The notes under the pieces were generated by a model. That model was not told the origin of the DNA. It saw only the letters and a program-made list of their open reading frames with translations, and searched no databases. 64,000 bases of DNA from Eledone cirrhosa. Lineage: Eukaryota. Positions 1 to 20,473 of this stretch are shown in pieces; position 1 is the stretch's first letter, and every line of letters begins with the position of its first letter. The DNA lies in the NCBI GenBank assembly GCA_964016885.1, contig CAXHJY010000117.1, forward strand, positions 1 to 64,000. The letters are read 5' to 3'. The position numbers and the translations under genes are program-made.

Positions 1-7020
<7,020 letters not shown>

Positions 7021-7062
7021 ATACAATATTAAATAAATGGAAAACTATATTTATAAAACCAT

Positions 7063-7130
7063 ATTTATTTCATTATATATATTTCGGGGATATCATATTA
7101 ACAATATGCTATGCTTCATCAGACAAAATA
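7063..7130 (-). ncRNA. Type I hammerhead ribozyme motif (left arm)
   Basis: Reverse-complement copy of the 7286-7351 motif; TCATCAG at 7116-7122. Confidence 0.7.
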
Positions 7131-7285
7131 CGATATAAACAGTTTTATAGATAAATAGATTCGACATACCGTAATAAACATCGACTTTATTTGAAGAGGT
7201 TTACTGCTAGCGTAAACCTCTTCAAATGAAGTCGATGTTTATTACGGTATGTCGAATCTATTTATCTATAAAACTGTTTATATCG

Positions 7286-7351
7286 TATTTTGTCTGATGA
7301 AGGCATAGCATATTGTTAATATGATATCCCCGAAATATATATAATGAAATA
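7286..7351 (+). ncRNA. Type I hammerhead ribozyme motif
   Basis: TATTTTGT-CTGATGA(7294)-stem II (CATATT/AATATG)-GAAA(7332)-TATATA-TA-ATGAAATA; stem I pairs with G-U wobbles. Confidence 0.72.
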
Positions 7352-7489
7352 AATATGGTTTTATAAATATAGTTTTCCATTTATTTAATATTGTAAATAT
7401 ACTCCAAATATTTGTCGAGTGCTTTTATATCAGTTATAAATATTTACTAGTTGTAACCCAACAATTTTAAATATAACTTTACATATATT

Positions 7490-7522
<33 letters not shown>

Positions 7523-7559
7523 ATTTATATATATATATATTTATATATATATATATTAT

Positions 7560-8297
7560 ATCGTGTAATCAGAAACTAAGAAAAACATTTAAATATTATA
7601 AACCTAATTAATAACATTATTTTAGATATTAATGTAGGGCGGTGGATTGGCAGTATCGGTAGAGGGTCGGACGCCATGCTTTCCAGCATAGTTACGTCCC
7701 TTTACGATCTGAGTTCAAATCCCGCCGAGGTTGACTTTGCCTTTCATCCTTACGGGGTCGATAAAATAAAGTACCAGTAATGCACTGGGTAATTGCTGGC
7801 CTTGTGCCTAAAGTAGAAACAATATTTTAGATATTAATATATAATTTAATTTAAATGTTAGTTAACCTATAAATTTAATTTAATTAAAATTCTACTACAG
7901 ATGAGATTATAAAATATTGTGTAATCATAAAATTGTGAAAAACTTTTAAATATTACTAATATATACTTTGTAAATTAATTTATAGATTAATTTTAATTTA
8001 TTTAACCTTTTACTAAAATTCCTTTACAGATAAAATTTAACAAAATATCGTGTATTCAATGACAGAGAAATATTTTTTAATATTATTGACCTAATTAATG
8101 TACAATTTAGAAATATATTTATAATTTGGTTTTAATTTGGTTAACCTAAAATTTAATTTAATTGGCTTAAAATTAAAATCCTAATACAGATGGATTGCAG
8201 AGGTGTCATGTAATCATAGACTGAGATAGGTTTTAGATGTATACCTAGTTAATATATTCTTTGCAATTTTTGAAAAAATATGTATATATATGTGTAC

Positions 8298-8336
<39 letters not shown>

Positions 8337-8720
8337 TATATATGTGTGTATATATTAATTTTAATTTTTGTTTACCTATAATTATATTGTACTATAGATA
8401 AAATACAATATCTGTTTTAATTATTATAAACCTAATTAACATATACTATAGAAATTAATATATAATTTTTAATTTAGTTAACCTATAATTTATATTCTAC
8501 TACCGATGTAATACTTTATTTGGTTTTTTTCCCTATTACTAAATTCATTTTCTAATATTGATACCATAACGTTAATAATTTTAATTTAGTTATACTATAA
8601 TTAATACTCTACTACTATTTAACTTCAAAATTCCGCTTCAAATATTATAAACCTAAGTAGTATACACCTTAGAAATCAATATATTAACTATCTTTAATTT
8701 AGTTAACCTATAATTAATAG
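7560..8720. repeat. Old, degenerate AT-rich tandem repeat
   Basis: Recurring motifs TTAATTTAGTTAACCTATAATT and AAATATTATAAACCTAA at intervals of about 100-300 bp. Confidence 0.55.
7634..7822 (+). mobile_element. tRNA-derived SINE, full length, with 16-bp TSD
   Basis: A-box-like TGGCAGTATCGG, B-box GTTCAAATCC, body TTTGCCTTTCATCCTTACGGGGTCGATAAAATAAAGTACCAG; TSD TATTTTAGATATTAAT at 7618-7633 and 7823-7838. Confidence 0.9.
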
Positions 8721-8929
8721 TCTACTTATATTAAATGCATAATTTTGCCTTCTTTCTTACATTTCCTAATACTGAAACTACTATGTAAACACATATTATG
8801 ATCTAAATGCAGATTAATATTCTATGTTTCTTGAAACTATATTTACTATAATCCCCTCCCCCACCTATTATTATTTGTATTTGTAAGCGTGGATGTATGT
8901 ATGTATATGTAGGTAGGTATGTATGTTTG

Positions 8930-9020
8930 GGTGTTTGTATGTGAGTATAAAAATACATATGTGCGCATGTAAATAAGGGTGTATGATTGTATATATATAT
9001 ATATATATATGTATATATTG

Positions 9021-9075
<55 letters not shown>

Positions 9076-9190
9076 CTATGTATTTATGTGGGTATATGTG
9101 TGTATGTATATGTATGCGCATATATACGTCTATGTGTATATGTGTGTATGTGTATATATGTACGCATATGTGCATGTATATGTGAGTGTG

Positions 9191-9221
<31 letters not shown>

Positions 9222-9272
9222 TTGTAGTTGATGTGTGTATGTGTATATATATATATGTGTATGTATATGTAT

Positions 9273-9339
<67 letters not shown>

Positions 9340-9439
9340 CATATTTGTCTGACTGGGTGTATTAATTTATTTATTTATTTATTTCTTTTATTTTATTATT
9401 TTATTTTTTTATTTATTTTTATATATATGTATATATATG

Positions 9440-9470
<31 letters not shown>

Positions 9471-9754
9471 GTGTGTGTATATGTATGTATGTATGTGTAT
9501 GTATATATGTGTGTGTGTGTGTATGTGTGTATATATTTATGTGTATATATATCTCTATTTATAATGTATATATGTGTATGTATATCCCTTTATTTATGTA
9601 TGTCTGAGTTGTGTGAGCGTGGTGGTTGTGTTTGTATGTGTATACGCATACATGGATGTGTATGTATGTGTATATATGCGTATATGTATGTGTGTATGTG
9701 TGTGTATATATGTATGTCTATGTATGAATATATATATGTATGTATGTGTATATA

Positions 9755-9793
<39 letters not shown>

Positions 9794-9987
9794 TATATGC
9801 GTGTGTGTATATATATATATCTTTGTGTATATGTGTACGTGTACATGTGTGTGTGTATGTGTGTATATATATATGTATATATATATATATGTATATATAT
9901 ATATGTGTATATTTATATATGTATATATATATATTATATATGTGTGGGTTTGTATGTGTATAAGTGTATATACATGAGTGTATTTAT

Positions 9988-10037
<50 letters not shown>

Positions 10038-10232
10038 TGTGAATGTATGTATATATATATGTATGTGTGTATATATATATATATATGTGTGTATATATGT
10101 ATATGTCTATGTATTTATATGTGTATATGTATGTGTCTCTATATGTATGCGCGTATGTGTATGTGTATATATATGGTGTGTGTATGTATATGTATGTGTA
10201 TGTATGTGTTCATGTGTATGTATATGTACGTG

Positions 10233-10263
<31 letters not shown>

Positions 10264-10289
10264 ATCGATGTATATTTTATATTTTACTT

Positions 10290-10336
<47 letters not shown>

Positions 10337-10710
10337 CTTAATATTTTTCTTTTTTCTTTTTCTTTTTATTTCTAAATTTATAGATACATTTATAAATAGG
10401 CAGTTTGCTGACACCAGTAAATACTGACCTCTTCCCCCCCCCCACCTACTTTCTGTATCTGGATCTAAATATGTGTGGCAGTGTTTATGTGCGCGCATTA
10501 ATGTCCATATGCTTATGATAATAGTATATACACATATGTGTGTGTGAGTGTGTGTGTGTATTTATGTTCGTGGTTGTGTGTATGTTCGTGGTTGTGTGTA
10601 TGTTTATGCGTATATGCGCGTGTGTGTGTGAATGTATGTATATGTGTGAGTATATGAATGTGTATATATTTATTTTTATATTTATATGTTTATATGCGTA
10701 TATGTATTTT
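8930..10710. repeat. Degenerate (TA)n/(TG)n microsatellite field
   Basis: Mixed TA/TG dinucleotide runs. Confidence 0.9.
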
Positions 10711-10946
10711 ATCTGTAGATTATAAACATACAGAGGACATTAGCCCTGAATTTTTGTATTTACATACATCTTTTCGGCATGCGTATGCATGTGAACATAT
10801 ATTTTTATGCATATCTGTGAACGAAGTTACTTACATATATACACACACCTAACTGTATAAACTTTTTGTGTTTCCATTGGTCAATTTGAACTCTGTTCCC
10901 AAACAGACCTGTAATTTTGAATTGTTGTTATTATCAATAAATATAT

Positions 10947-11108
10947 TTCATTATTTCTGAAGACGGCATATATATGAGTTGGTATGTATATTTAATTTTG
11001 ATAGTTTGTATAATTTTGTATAATTTTGTATAATTTTGTACATAGATCTGTTAAATATACATGCAATTCTAACACATATATATCCCAGAAACGATCGTTA
11101 ATAATGAA
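10947..11108 (+). ncRNA. Hammerhead motif with very long stem II
   Basis: TTCATTATT(T)-CTGAAGA(10957)-about 120-nt hairpin (ATATATATG/CATATATAT, ATGTATATTTAA/TTAAATATACAT)-GAAA(11088)-CGATCG-TT-AATAATGAA. Confidence 0.65.
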
Positions 11109-11325
11109 CTTTTTTTGTTTAATATAAGGAACTGTTTCATTGTTTTATTCATTATTTTTTTAATATTTTATCTTGACTCTGTATTCCGTTATCTTTCACC
11201 GAAAGTGATTTTTCATTGCATCTCTTCTTTCCATGATATCCGGATTACATTGAGTTCTTCATACGGATTGGACACTACCGTAAACTCTTGGTAGATTTAT
11301 CTACATATATTTATATATATATATT

Positions 11326-11356
<31 letters not shown>

Positions 11357-11480
11357 TTATATATATTTATATTTATAATTATATATTTTTATATATATAT
11401 ATATTTATAAATGAAGTAACTCCGTCGGAAAAGTCCAGTAAAAAAGAGTGCTTTATGTAATAAACAACATAAGGCAATTA

Positions 11481-11541
11481 TTTCATTTACCAGTGGTTTC
11501 TTAAAAGCAAACAAAATTTGCTTTCAATCATCAGAATGAAA
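11481..11541 (-). ncRNA. Type I hammerhead ribozyme motif
   Basis: Minus strand reads TTTCATT-CTGATGA-TTGAAAGCAAA/TTTGCTTTTAA-GAAA-CCACTGG-TA-AATGAAA; all three stems pair; GUA triplet. Confidence 0.85.
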
Positions 11542-11594
11542 AAATCCTGGCGTATTTCTTGACGTTGGATTTTTTAAAATCAGAAACGAAATAT

Positions 11595-12267
11595 CATATA
11601 TTTATATATATTTATATACATATTTATATATATGTATTTATATACATATTTATATATATATATCATATATTATATATATAGTATACATATTTATATATAT
11701 ATATCATATATTTATATATATTTATATACATATTTATATATATATATCATATATTTATATATATATATATTTATATATATATATATTTATATATATTTAT
11801 ATATATTTATATATATTTATATATATTTATATATATATATATTTATATATATATATATTTATATATATATATATTATATATTTATATATATATATATTTA
11901 TATATTTATATATATATATATTTATATATATATATATTTATATATTTATATATATATATTTATATATATATATATTTATATATATATATATACATATTTA
12001 TATATATATATACATATTTATATATATATATTTATATATATATATATACATATTTATATATATATATATACATATTATATATATATATATACATATTTAT
12101 ATATATATATATATATATATACATATTTATATATACATATTTATATATATACATATTTATATATATATATATTTAAATATGTATATATAAATATATATAT
12201 ATTTATATATATATATTTAAATATGTATATATAAATATATATATATTTATATATATATATACATATT

Positions 12268-12343
<76 letters not shown>

Positions 12344-12350
12344 ACATATT

Positions 12351-12427
<77 letters not shown>

Positions 12428-12434
12428 ACATATT

Positions 12435-12471
<37 letters not shown>

Positions 12472-12502
12472 ACATATTTATATATATATACTATATATAA
12501 TT

Positions 12503-12536
<34 letters not shown>

Positions 12537-12608
12537 TATATATATATATTTATATATATATATTTATATATATATATTTATATATATATATATATTTATA
12601 TATATATT

Positions 12609-12639
<31 letters not shown>

Positions 12640-12652
12640 ATATATTTATATT

Positions 12653-12686
<34 letters not shown>

Positions 12687-12692
12687 TATATT

Positions 12693-12728
<36 letters not shown>

Positions 12729-13137
12729 TATATATATATATTTATATTCATATATATATATATATCATATAATATATATTTATATATATATATATTTATA
12801 TATATATTTATATCATATATATATATATATCATATATTTATATATATATATATATATATATTTATATTCATATATATATATATATCATATTTATATATAT
12901 TTATATATATATATTTATATATATATATTTATATTCATATATATATATATCATATAATATATATTTATATATATATATATTTATATATATATTTATATTC
13001 ATATATATATATATATCATATATTTATATATATATATATATATATATTTATATTCATATATATATATATATCATATTTATATATATTTATATATATATAT
13101 TTATATATATATTTATATCATATATATATATATCATA

Positions 13138-13177
<40 letters not shown>

Positions 13178-13248
13178 TATATATATATATCATATATATA
13201 TATTTATATTCATATATTTATATATATATATTTATATATATATATATT

Positions 13249-13279
<31 letters not shown>

Positions 13280-13865
13280 TCATATATATATATATATATA
13301 TATTTATATTCATATATATATATATATATATTTATATTCATATATATATATATATATATTTATATTCATATATATATATATCATATATTTATATATATAT
13401 ATTTATATTCATATATATATATATATTTATATTCATATATATATATATATTTATATTCATATATATATATATATTTATATTCATATATATATATTTATTT
13501 ATATTCATATATATATATATTTATATTCATATATATATATTTATTTATATTCATATATATATATATATTTATTTATATTCATATATATATATTTATTTAT
13601 ATATATATATTTATATTTATATATATATATTTATATTTATATATATATATTTATATTTATATATATATATTTATATATTTATATTTATATATATATAATT
13701 ATATTTATATATATATATTTATTATTTCATATATATATATAAATTTATATTTATATATATATATTTATATTTATATATATATATTTATATTTATATATAT
13801 ATATTTATATTCATATATATATATTTATATATATATTTATATATATGTATATACATATATTTATA
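11595..13865. repeat. (TA)n microsatellite with TATT, TACA and TTCA variants
   Basis: Direct inspection. Confidence 0.95.
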
Positions 13866-13869
13866 TATA

Positions 13870-14067
13870 ACGAAAGAAGTGTGGTAAGGAACCAGCTGGA
13901 CCATAACGCACCAGAGTACTCAATACTTAGGGTTATAGAGTGGGTAATAGGAAAATGTTTAACCCCGACGGCAGAGCTCAAGCCGTTTCAACGGCTATTT
14001 CTGTACGCGTCTAGAAATAGCCGTCGAAACGGACTGAGATCTGCCGTCGGGGTTACACATTTTTCTA
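13870..14067. mobile_element. Short fold-back repeat, family B
   Basis: Head GTGGTAAGGAACCAG.TGGACCATAACGCACCA shared with 28170, 42545 and 42745; inverted repeat 13948-14002 / 14013-14067; (TA)n flanks. Confidence 0.75.
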
Positions 14068-14070
14068 GTA

Positions 14071-14109
<39 letters not shown>

Positions 14110-14115
<6 letters not shown>

Positions 14116-14390
14116 CTATACTTGGGGAGGGTCATATTGTTATAATAATATTGCCAGAAATAATAACAGAACACACTCATTGTTTGGTTTCTTTTCGCTT
14201 CTGCATCTTTTATATCTCCACAGTTAATTTATTTGGCAATCAATGTTTATCATTGTCTTACCAACGGTTAAAAAATACAGATATAAAAAAATATATATAG
14301 TTTAACAAAGTTCTTTCGTTGCACACCTACAACATCATCTGTGGTACTATTATCATGTTTCCTCCCATTGTTTTGTATTGTTCACGCCAT
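14110..14390 (+). mobile_element. Interspersed repeat, family C
   Basis: Homologous to 25158-25410 (TATACTTGGGGAGGGTCATAT...ACAGAACACACTCA); its 3' part matches 42410-42500 in reverse. Confidence 0.75.
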
Positions 14391-14451
14391 TTTTATTTTA
14401 TTTATTTATTCATTTATTTATAAATTTATAAATATACATCCAAATAAATAA

Positions 14452-14495
<44 letters not shown>

Positions 14496-14552
14496 ATTAC
14501 TTTCAAACTAAAGGGTGTCATGTATGATACAAAATCAAATATATCAAACATA

Positions 14553-14812
14553 TGTCTCTCTCGTTCTCTCTCTCTCTCTCCCTCGTTCTCTCTCTCGTTC
14601 TCTCTCTCGTTCTCTCTCTCTCTCTCGTTCTCTCGTTCCCTCTCTCGTTTTCTCGTTCCCCCTCTCTCTCTCTCCCCCTCTCTATCTCCCCCCCCCTCTC
14701 TCTCTCTCGTTCTCTCTCTATCTCTCTCTCACTCTCTATCTATTTCTTTCTCTCTCTCTCTTTCTCTCTCTCTCTTTATCTCTCTTTCTCTCTCTCTTTC
14801 TCTCTCTCTCTA
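14553..14812. repeat. (CT)n microsatellite
   Basis: Direct inspection. Confidence 0.95.
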
Positions 14813-15239
14813 TATATATATATTTATTTATTAATTTATTTATTTATATATATTTATTTATTTATTTATAAAATCATTCGTCCTAAGGCTTGCACTCTGA
14901 CATGTTTTTATCTCTTAGTATTCTTCTGAAAGTATAATTATTCCAGTAATGGTTAGATTGGACTACCAGCCGCATTATTAAAAACAATAATATTTCTTCT
15001 CTGAAGATTCGCTGAAAATATTCTTTATAATAATATATATGCAGACGTACACACATATATGTATACAATTGTTATATTGCTTCGATGAAATACCGTCTAA
15101 GGAGTAACATTTTTTAAAAAAATTTATTGCCTTCTCCTCCATTTATTTTTGTGTGTATGTATTTCGTTCAGCGCAGCGGTAGGAGTTCTCCTACATGGAT
15201 ATAAAGTAGTGGCCATACTCGAAAACGAGTTGGCAGCCA

Positions 15240-15281
<42 letters not shown>

Positions 15282-15326
15282 GCAATGATATTAAATAAAT
15301 GCAAACTATATTTATAAAACCATATT

Positions 15327-15387
15327 TATTCTATTATATATATTTCAAAGGTACCAAATCTTTGGTACGCTCTCATCAGATAAAATA
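15327..15387 (-). ncRNA. Type I hammerhead motif, family A
   Basis: Minus strand reads TATTTTAT-CTGATGA-GAGC-GTACCAAA/TTTGGTAC-CTTT-GAAA-TATATA-TA-ATAGAATA; flank homologous to 7350-7395. Confidence 0.78.
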
Positions 15388-15471
15388 CAAAGTTTGTTTT
15401 ATAAATATTGACATACCCAGGAATAGGATCTCAACGGTTATTTCTGGATATATAGATATATATATATATAC

Positions 15472-15502
<31 letters not shown>

Positions 15503-16206
15503 AGACAAAACTTTCCAATCACAGTACCTAGTTTTCGTTAATTCAGCTACATGTCTATTTGGAGTAAATTTCAGCCTCCACGAAGAGTTACAGTCCAACT
15601 AGGCAACATGTGGGAGGAATGGAGAGACATCTTGGTCACATGGAGGGGAGAGGGGGGGAGGGGGACTTTCCAACTTATGCAATGGTTGAGGTGGTGGAAT
15701 TGATGAGGATGGTTTTAGGTGGTTCTGGAGGCGGTGGTGGGAGCTAGTAGAGGTTGTGGGATGGGTGGTGTTTGTGGTAGAGGTGGCCTGTGGTTGTTTT
15801 AGTGATAGTGGTTGTGGTTGTTGTAGTGATGGTGGGTGGGTGGTGTTTGATTGAGGTTATGTGGGCCTGTGGCTGTCGCAATGGCTGTGGTTGGGGTAAT
15901 GGTGGGGGGGTGTAGTCGTAGTGGTGGTGGTGATCAGTGGTAGTGGTCGTCAGTGGTTTAAAGCCGAGGCGACTGCCTGTGTTGTGTTTCAATGAGCAGC
16001 CCTATAGAAGTAGGGAAGCTCGTAGCTGGGGTGCACCAGTCGGTTGGCTAGATTCATGTCGGGTATCATAGGGGTGTCCACATATTTGTTCAGCTGTCCC
16101 ACTGGAAAGATAAGATGGAACATAACAACGGTGTGAGGAGTGGCTCATTACTCAACGGTCGTGTATGTATACATATACACGTATATATACTATATATATA
16201 TATATA

Positions 16207-16535
16207 TAAATATCTTTAAGTCGTTTGGAAGCCTCGACAATGCAGATGGGTAAATCTCCGGGTAACAAGGTCCGGTGGTGGAGAGAGAGATGTAAGTGGG
16301 TGTACGTTGAGATGCGTTGTTATTTTTATTTTATCCTTTATACTCTTCCCTTCATTCTACACATCTCACACATCTTATACACACCACGCATCTCAACGTA
16401 CACCCACTTACATCTCTCTCTCCACCACCGGACCTTGTTACCCGGAGATTTACCCATTTGCATTGTCGAGGCTTCCAAACGACTTAAAGATATTTACTCA
16501 TTGTTCCACAATGCTTCAAGCAAACTTCAATACTC
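16207..16535. mobile_element. Fold-back element, family D
   Basis: Inverted repeat 16207-16317 / 16386-16496; nearly identical to 19053-19620; (TA)n flanks. Confidence 0.8.
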
Positions 16536-16629
16536 ATATATATATATATATATACTATAAGGATATATATACTATAATGATATAAGGATAAAGAAACAAG
16601 AATCAGTGTTGCATCATAACATATTTAAT

Positions 16630-16722
16630 AACATATTACATATGTTTCACTATCGATCAACTCGAGAAAGACCTATTATTGTTCGAACCCGACTCTGTAA
16701 TCGAAAGATCATCAGATATGTT
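16630..16722 (-). ncRNA. Type I hammerhead motif, extended stem II
   Basis: Minus strand reads AACATAT-CTGATGA-about 60-nt stem II-GAAA-CATATG-TA-ATATGTT. Confidence 0.75.
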
Positions 16723-16766
16723 GCCTATGATTCTATGCATAGAATCGGAGACGAGATCACATAGGA

Positions 16767-16860
16767 AACATATCTGATGATCTTTCGATTACAGAGTCAG
16801 GTTCGATCAATAATAGATCGTTCCTCGAGCTGATCGATAGTGAAATATATGTAATATGTT
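16767..16860 (+). ncRNA. Type I hammerhead motif, extended stem II
   Basis: AACATAT-CTGATGA(16774)-about 60 nt (TCGAT/ATCGA)-GAAA(16842)-TATATG-TA-ATATGTT; perfect 7-bp stem I. Confidence 0.75.
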
Positions 16861-16991
16861 ATTAAATATGTTATGATGCAACAATGAATCCTTGTTCCTT
16901 TATCCTTATAGTATTATACTCTGCTCTGCGCGAGCATCGAGTGCTCAACCGGCATACCGCCTATGAATGCAATTTTTCTTGCAAGCATACA

Positions 16992-17064
<73 letters not shown>

Positions 17065-17234
17065 GTGTGTGTGTGTAAAAGGTAAACAGAAATAACAACA
17101 CAATCGGTACAGTATATGGAAGGGAGCAGATGTGTATGTATGTATGTATATATATATATATATGTGTATATATATGTATATGATGCAACACTGATTCTTT
17201 GTTCCCATATACATTAATTATATATATATATATA

Positions 17235-17269
<35 letters not shown>

Positions 17270-17278
<9 letters not shown>

Positions 17279-17665
17279 TGTACTTCCTATCTGTTTGTTT
17301 GTTCTTTTTGTTTGTTCACGAACTGCTTCTATGGTTTTGGAGACAGACCCCCCCCCCCCCTTAACAATATATATTCTGAAACTACATTGCCCAAGGTACT
17401 TGGATAAGTATATTTCATTTTAATAAAAGGCTTCCCCGGCGGCACAAAGCCCCGGTGAAAATGTTTTCTCTTCGATTTATATGAAATTTAAACCATAGGT
17501 AAATGACAAGATATGATGCCTATTCACAATATTCCAGCAAATTTCAATAATATTAAAACACCCTAATGGGGGTTAAACCCCCGATAGTGAACATATTTTT
17601 TTGTTTTTTTTTGTTCAGGAACTCCTCCTATGGTTTTGGAGATAGGCCCCCATAACCATATTGAC
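17270..17665 (+). mobile_element. Possible non-autonomous Helitron-like 5' portion
   Basis: TATATAAAG start followed by (TTTG)n; internal direct repeat TTGTTCA.GAACT.CT.CTATGGTTTTGGAGA at about 17310 and 17610. Confidence 0.35.
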
Positions 17666-17702
17666 TGCATATAACTGTATTGTTGAGGCTTCCAAAACGA
17701 CC

Positions 17703-17751
<49 letters not shown>

Positions 17752-17833
17752 ATCCCGTTAAGGGTGAAAGCAGCAATTCTTTGCTTAAACTTTAATCTGT
17801 TATTTTAATAAATATATATATATATATATATTA

Positions 17834-19012
17834 TATATATCCAAAATTAAGATAAATTGAATTAAATTAAATTAAATCAAATTAAATTAACGGTCATAAA
17901 ATGCTCGGATCTACTCATTAGAATCTTGGAGCATATTTTACGGGTGATATGGCGCATGTCTATCTGACATGACACCCTTAATTTAATTTGATTTAATTTA
18001 ATTTAATTCAATTTATCTTAATTTTGGATATATATAAATACGGCCCCTTAGTTCTAGAGCTAACTCAGTTGAAAGGACTTGACTGCTGTTTCTAGTTGTC
18101 GATAACCCTATTCACGCCACTGGAACGAAGCTGGTATGATGTGTGTATTTTTAGTAGATACAACACGTGTTACTGGCCAGTCGCTGATTTGAACTTGATG
18201 CGTAAACACAGATCGCTGGACCTCTTCTTTGTTGAAAATCCAGGACCTGGCTACTGTCGTTTACCAATCGATTAATTGGTGAAATATATTTCTTTAATGG
18301 AATATATACAAGGAAGATTAATCAATTTATAAGGTATCTATTTTTCAAGTTTTAGTTAAACTTTAATTAGTTACCTACCTAGCTGTATGTGCTTACACAC
18401 TTTTACAAATTATTCCCTGTGATTGTTTCATATGTTTTTTTTAGATATATATATATGTCAATCAATTTCTAGTTGATATAAAATGCTCGGATCTATTCAT
18501 TGGAATCTTGGAGCATATTCTACAGTGGATATCGCGCATGTCTCTCTGACATGGCACCCTTAATTTAATTTTGGATAAATATACGGCTACTTAATTGTAG
18601 AGCTAACTCAGTTGAAAGGACTCGGCTGCTATTTCTACTTGTCGGTAACCCTATTCACGACACTGGGATGAAGCTGGTACGATGTGTGTTTTTTTTTTAA
18701 AATGCAACACGTGCTGCTAGTCATTCGCAGATTTGAATTTGCTGTGTAAACACAGATAGTTAAATCTTCTCCCTTGTTGAAAATCCGTTTGGCTACTGTG
18801 GTTTACCGATCGGTTAATGGTGAAATATATTTCTTTAATGAAATATATACAAGGAAGATTAATCAATTTATAAGGTATCTATTTTTCAAGTTTTAGTTAA
18901 ACTTTAATTAGTTACCTACCTAGCTATGTGTGCTTACACACTTTTACAAATTATTCCCTGTGATTGTTTCATATGTTTATTTTTGATATATATGTCAATC
19001 AATTTCTAGTTG

Positions 19013-19014
<2 letters not shown>
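17834..19014 (+). mobile_element. Tandem about 550-580-bp unit x2 with inverted 5' segment (pLTR-like)
   Basis: Direct repeats 17896-18477 and 18478-19014; 17834-17890 is the reverse complement of 17978-18036. Confidence 0.7.
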
Positions 19015-19052
<38 letters not shown>

Positions 19053-19055
<3 letters not shown>

Positions 19056-19614
19056 AGAGTATTGAAGTTTGCTTGAAGCATTGTGGAACAATAAGTAAAT
19101 ATCTTTAAGTCGTTTGGAAGCCTCGACAATGCAGATGGGTAAATCTCCGGGTAACAAGGTCCGGTGGTGGAGAGAGAGATGTAAGTGGGTGTACGTTGAG
19201 ATGCGTGGTGTGTATAACATGTGTGAGATGTGTAGAATGAAGGGAAGAGTATAAAGGATAAAAATAAAAATAACAACACAAGAGAGAGTTACCTTGGGAG
19301 AGATTTAATAGTCCCTATATATTTCGGATTCACATCCATCAACTGGGGTTTTTTTTCCAGGGTGGGGGAAAAGGTTGTCTGTCGGACAACTCGGAACGCG
19401 TCTTTCGCTGTTTGTTACCTCTCCCAAGGTAACTCTCTTGTGTTGTTATTTTTATTTTTATCCTTTATACTCTTCCCTTCATTCTACACATCTCACACAT
19501 GTTATACACACCACGCATCTCAACGTACACCCACTTACATCTCTCTCTCCACCACCGGACCTTGTTACCCGGAGATTTACCCATCTGCATTGTCGAGGCT
19601 TCCAAACGACTTAA

Positions 19615-19620
<6 letters not shown>
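19053..19620. mobile_element. Fold-back element, family D
   Basis: About 200-bp inverted repeat 19098-19301 / 19420-19620; (TA)n on both sides. Confidence 0.8.
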
Positions 19621-19712
<92 letters not shown>

Positions 19713-19894
19713 GTGTATATATATATATATATATATAAAGACTATTGTTGGTCTGTGTAGCATTAATAGTCCCAGTTAATGCCAGTACTGCCTAAATCTC
19801 TGACATCTATATAATACCTTTTAACGTTGTGTAGTTACCACTATTTACTCCCATCATCAGTACATGGTTGACGTGATCATTTAACAAGTCTAAC

Positions 19895-19980
19895 ATTATA
19901 TATATATACACACACACATATATATATGCACATATATATATATATAAATATACATATACATATATATACACATATATATG

Positions 19981-20013
<33 letters not shown>

Positions 20014-20158
20014 GTATATATACATACACATATGTATACATATATATATATATGCATATATATATATGTATATATACATATATATATGTATATATACATA
20101 CACATATGTATACATATATATATATATATGCATATATATATATATACATACATATATA

Positions 20159-20199
<41 letters not shown>

Positions 20200-20441
20200 A
20201 CATACATATATATATACATACATATATATATATACATACATATATATATATATGCATACATATATATATATACATACATATATATATATATGCATACATA
20301 TATATATACATACATATATATATATGCATACATATATATATATATATACATACATATATATATATATATACATACATATATATATATATATGCATACATA
20401 TATATATATATATACATACATATATATATATATATGCATAC

Positions 20442-20473
<32 letters not shown>

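Larger units (their letters stand above)
7022..7480 (+). mobile_element. Fold-back non-autonomous Penelope-like/retrozyme element, family A
   Basis: Near-perfect inverted repeat 7022-7204 / 7212-7395 with a 7-nt loop; hammerhead motif in each arm; 3' tail 7400-7480 matches 22177-22255 in reverse; (TA)n on both sides. Confidence 0.75.
16557..16918. mobile_element. Fold-back element, family E, with two hammerheads
   Basis: Imperfect inverted repeat about 16575-16729 / 16760-16910; (TA)n nearby. Confidence 0.75.

Noticed and set aside
7634-7730. tRNA gene
   Set aside because: A/B boxes belong to a multi-copy SINE head with TSDs; no cloverleaf.
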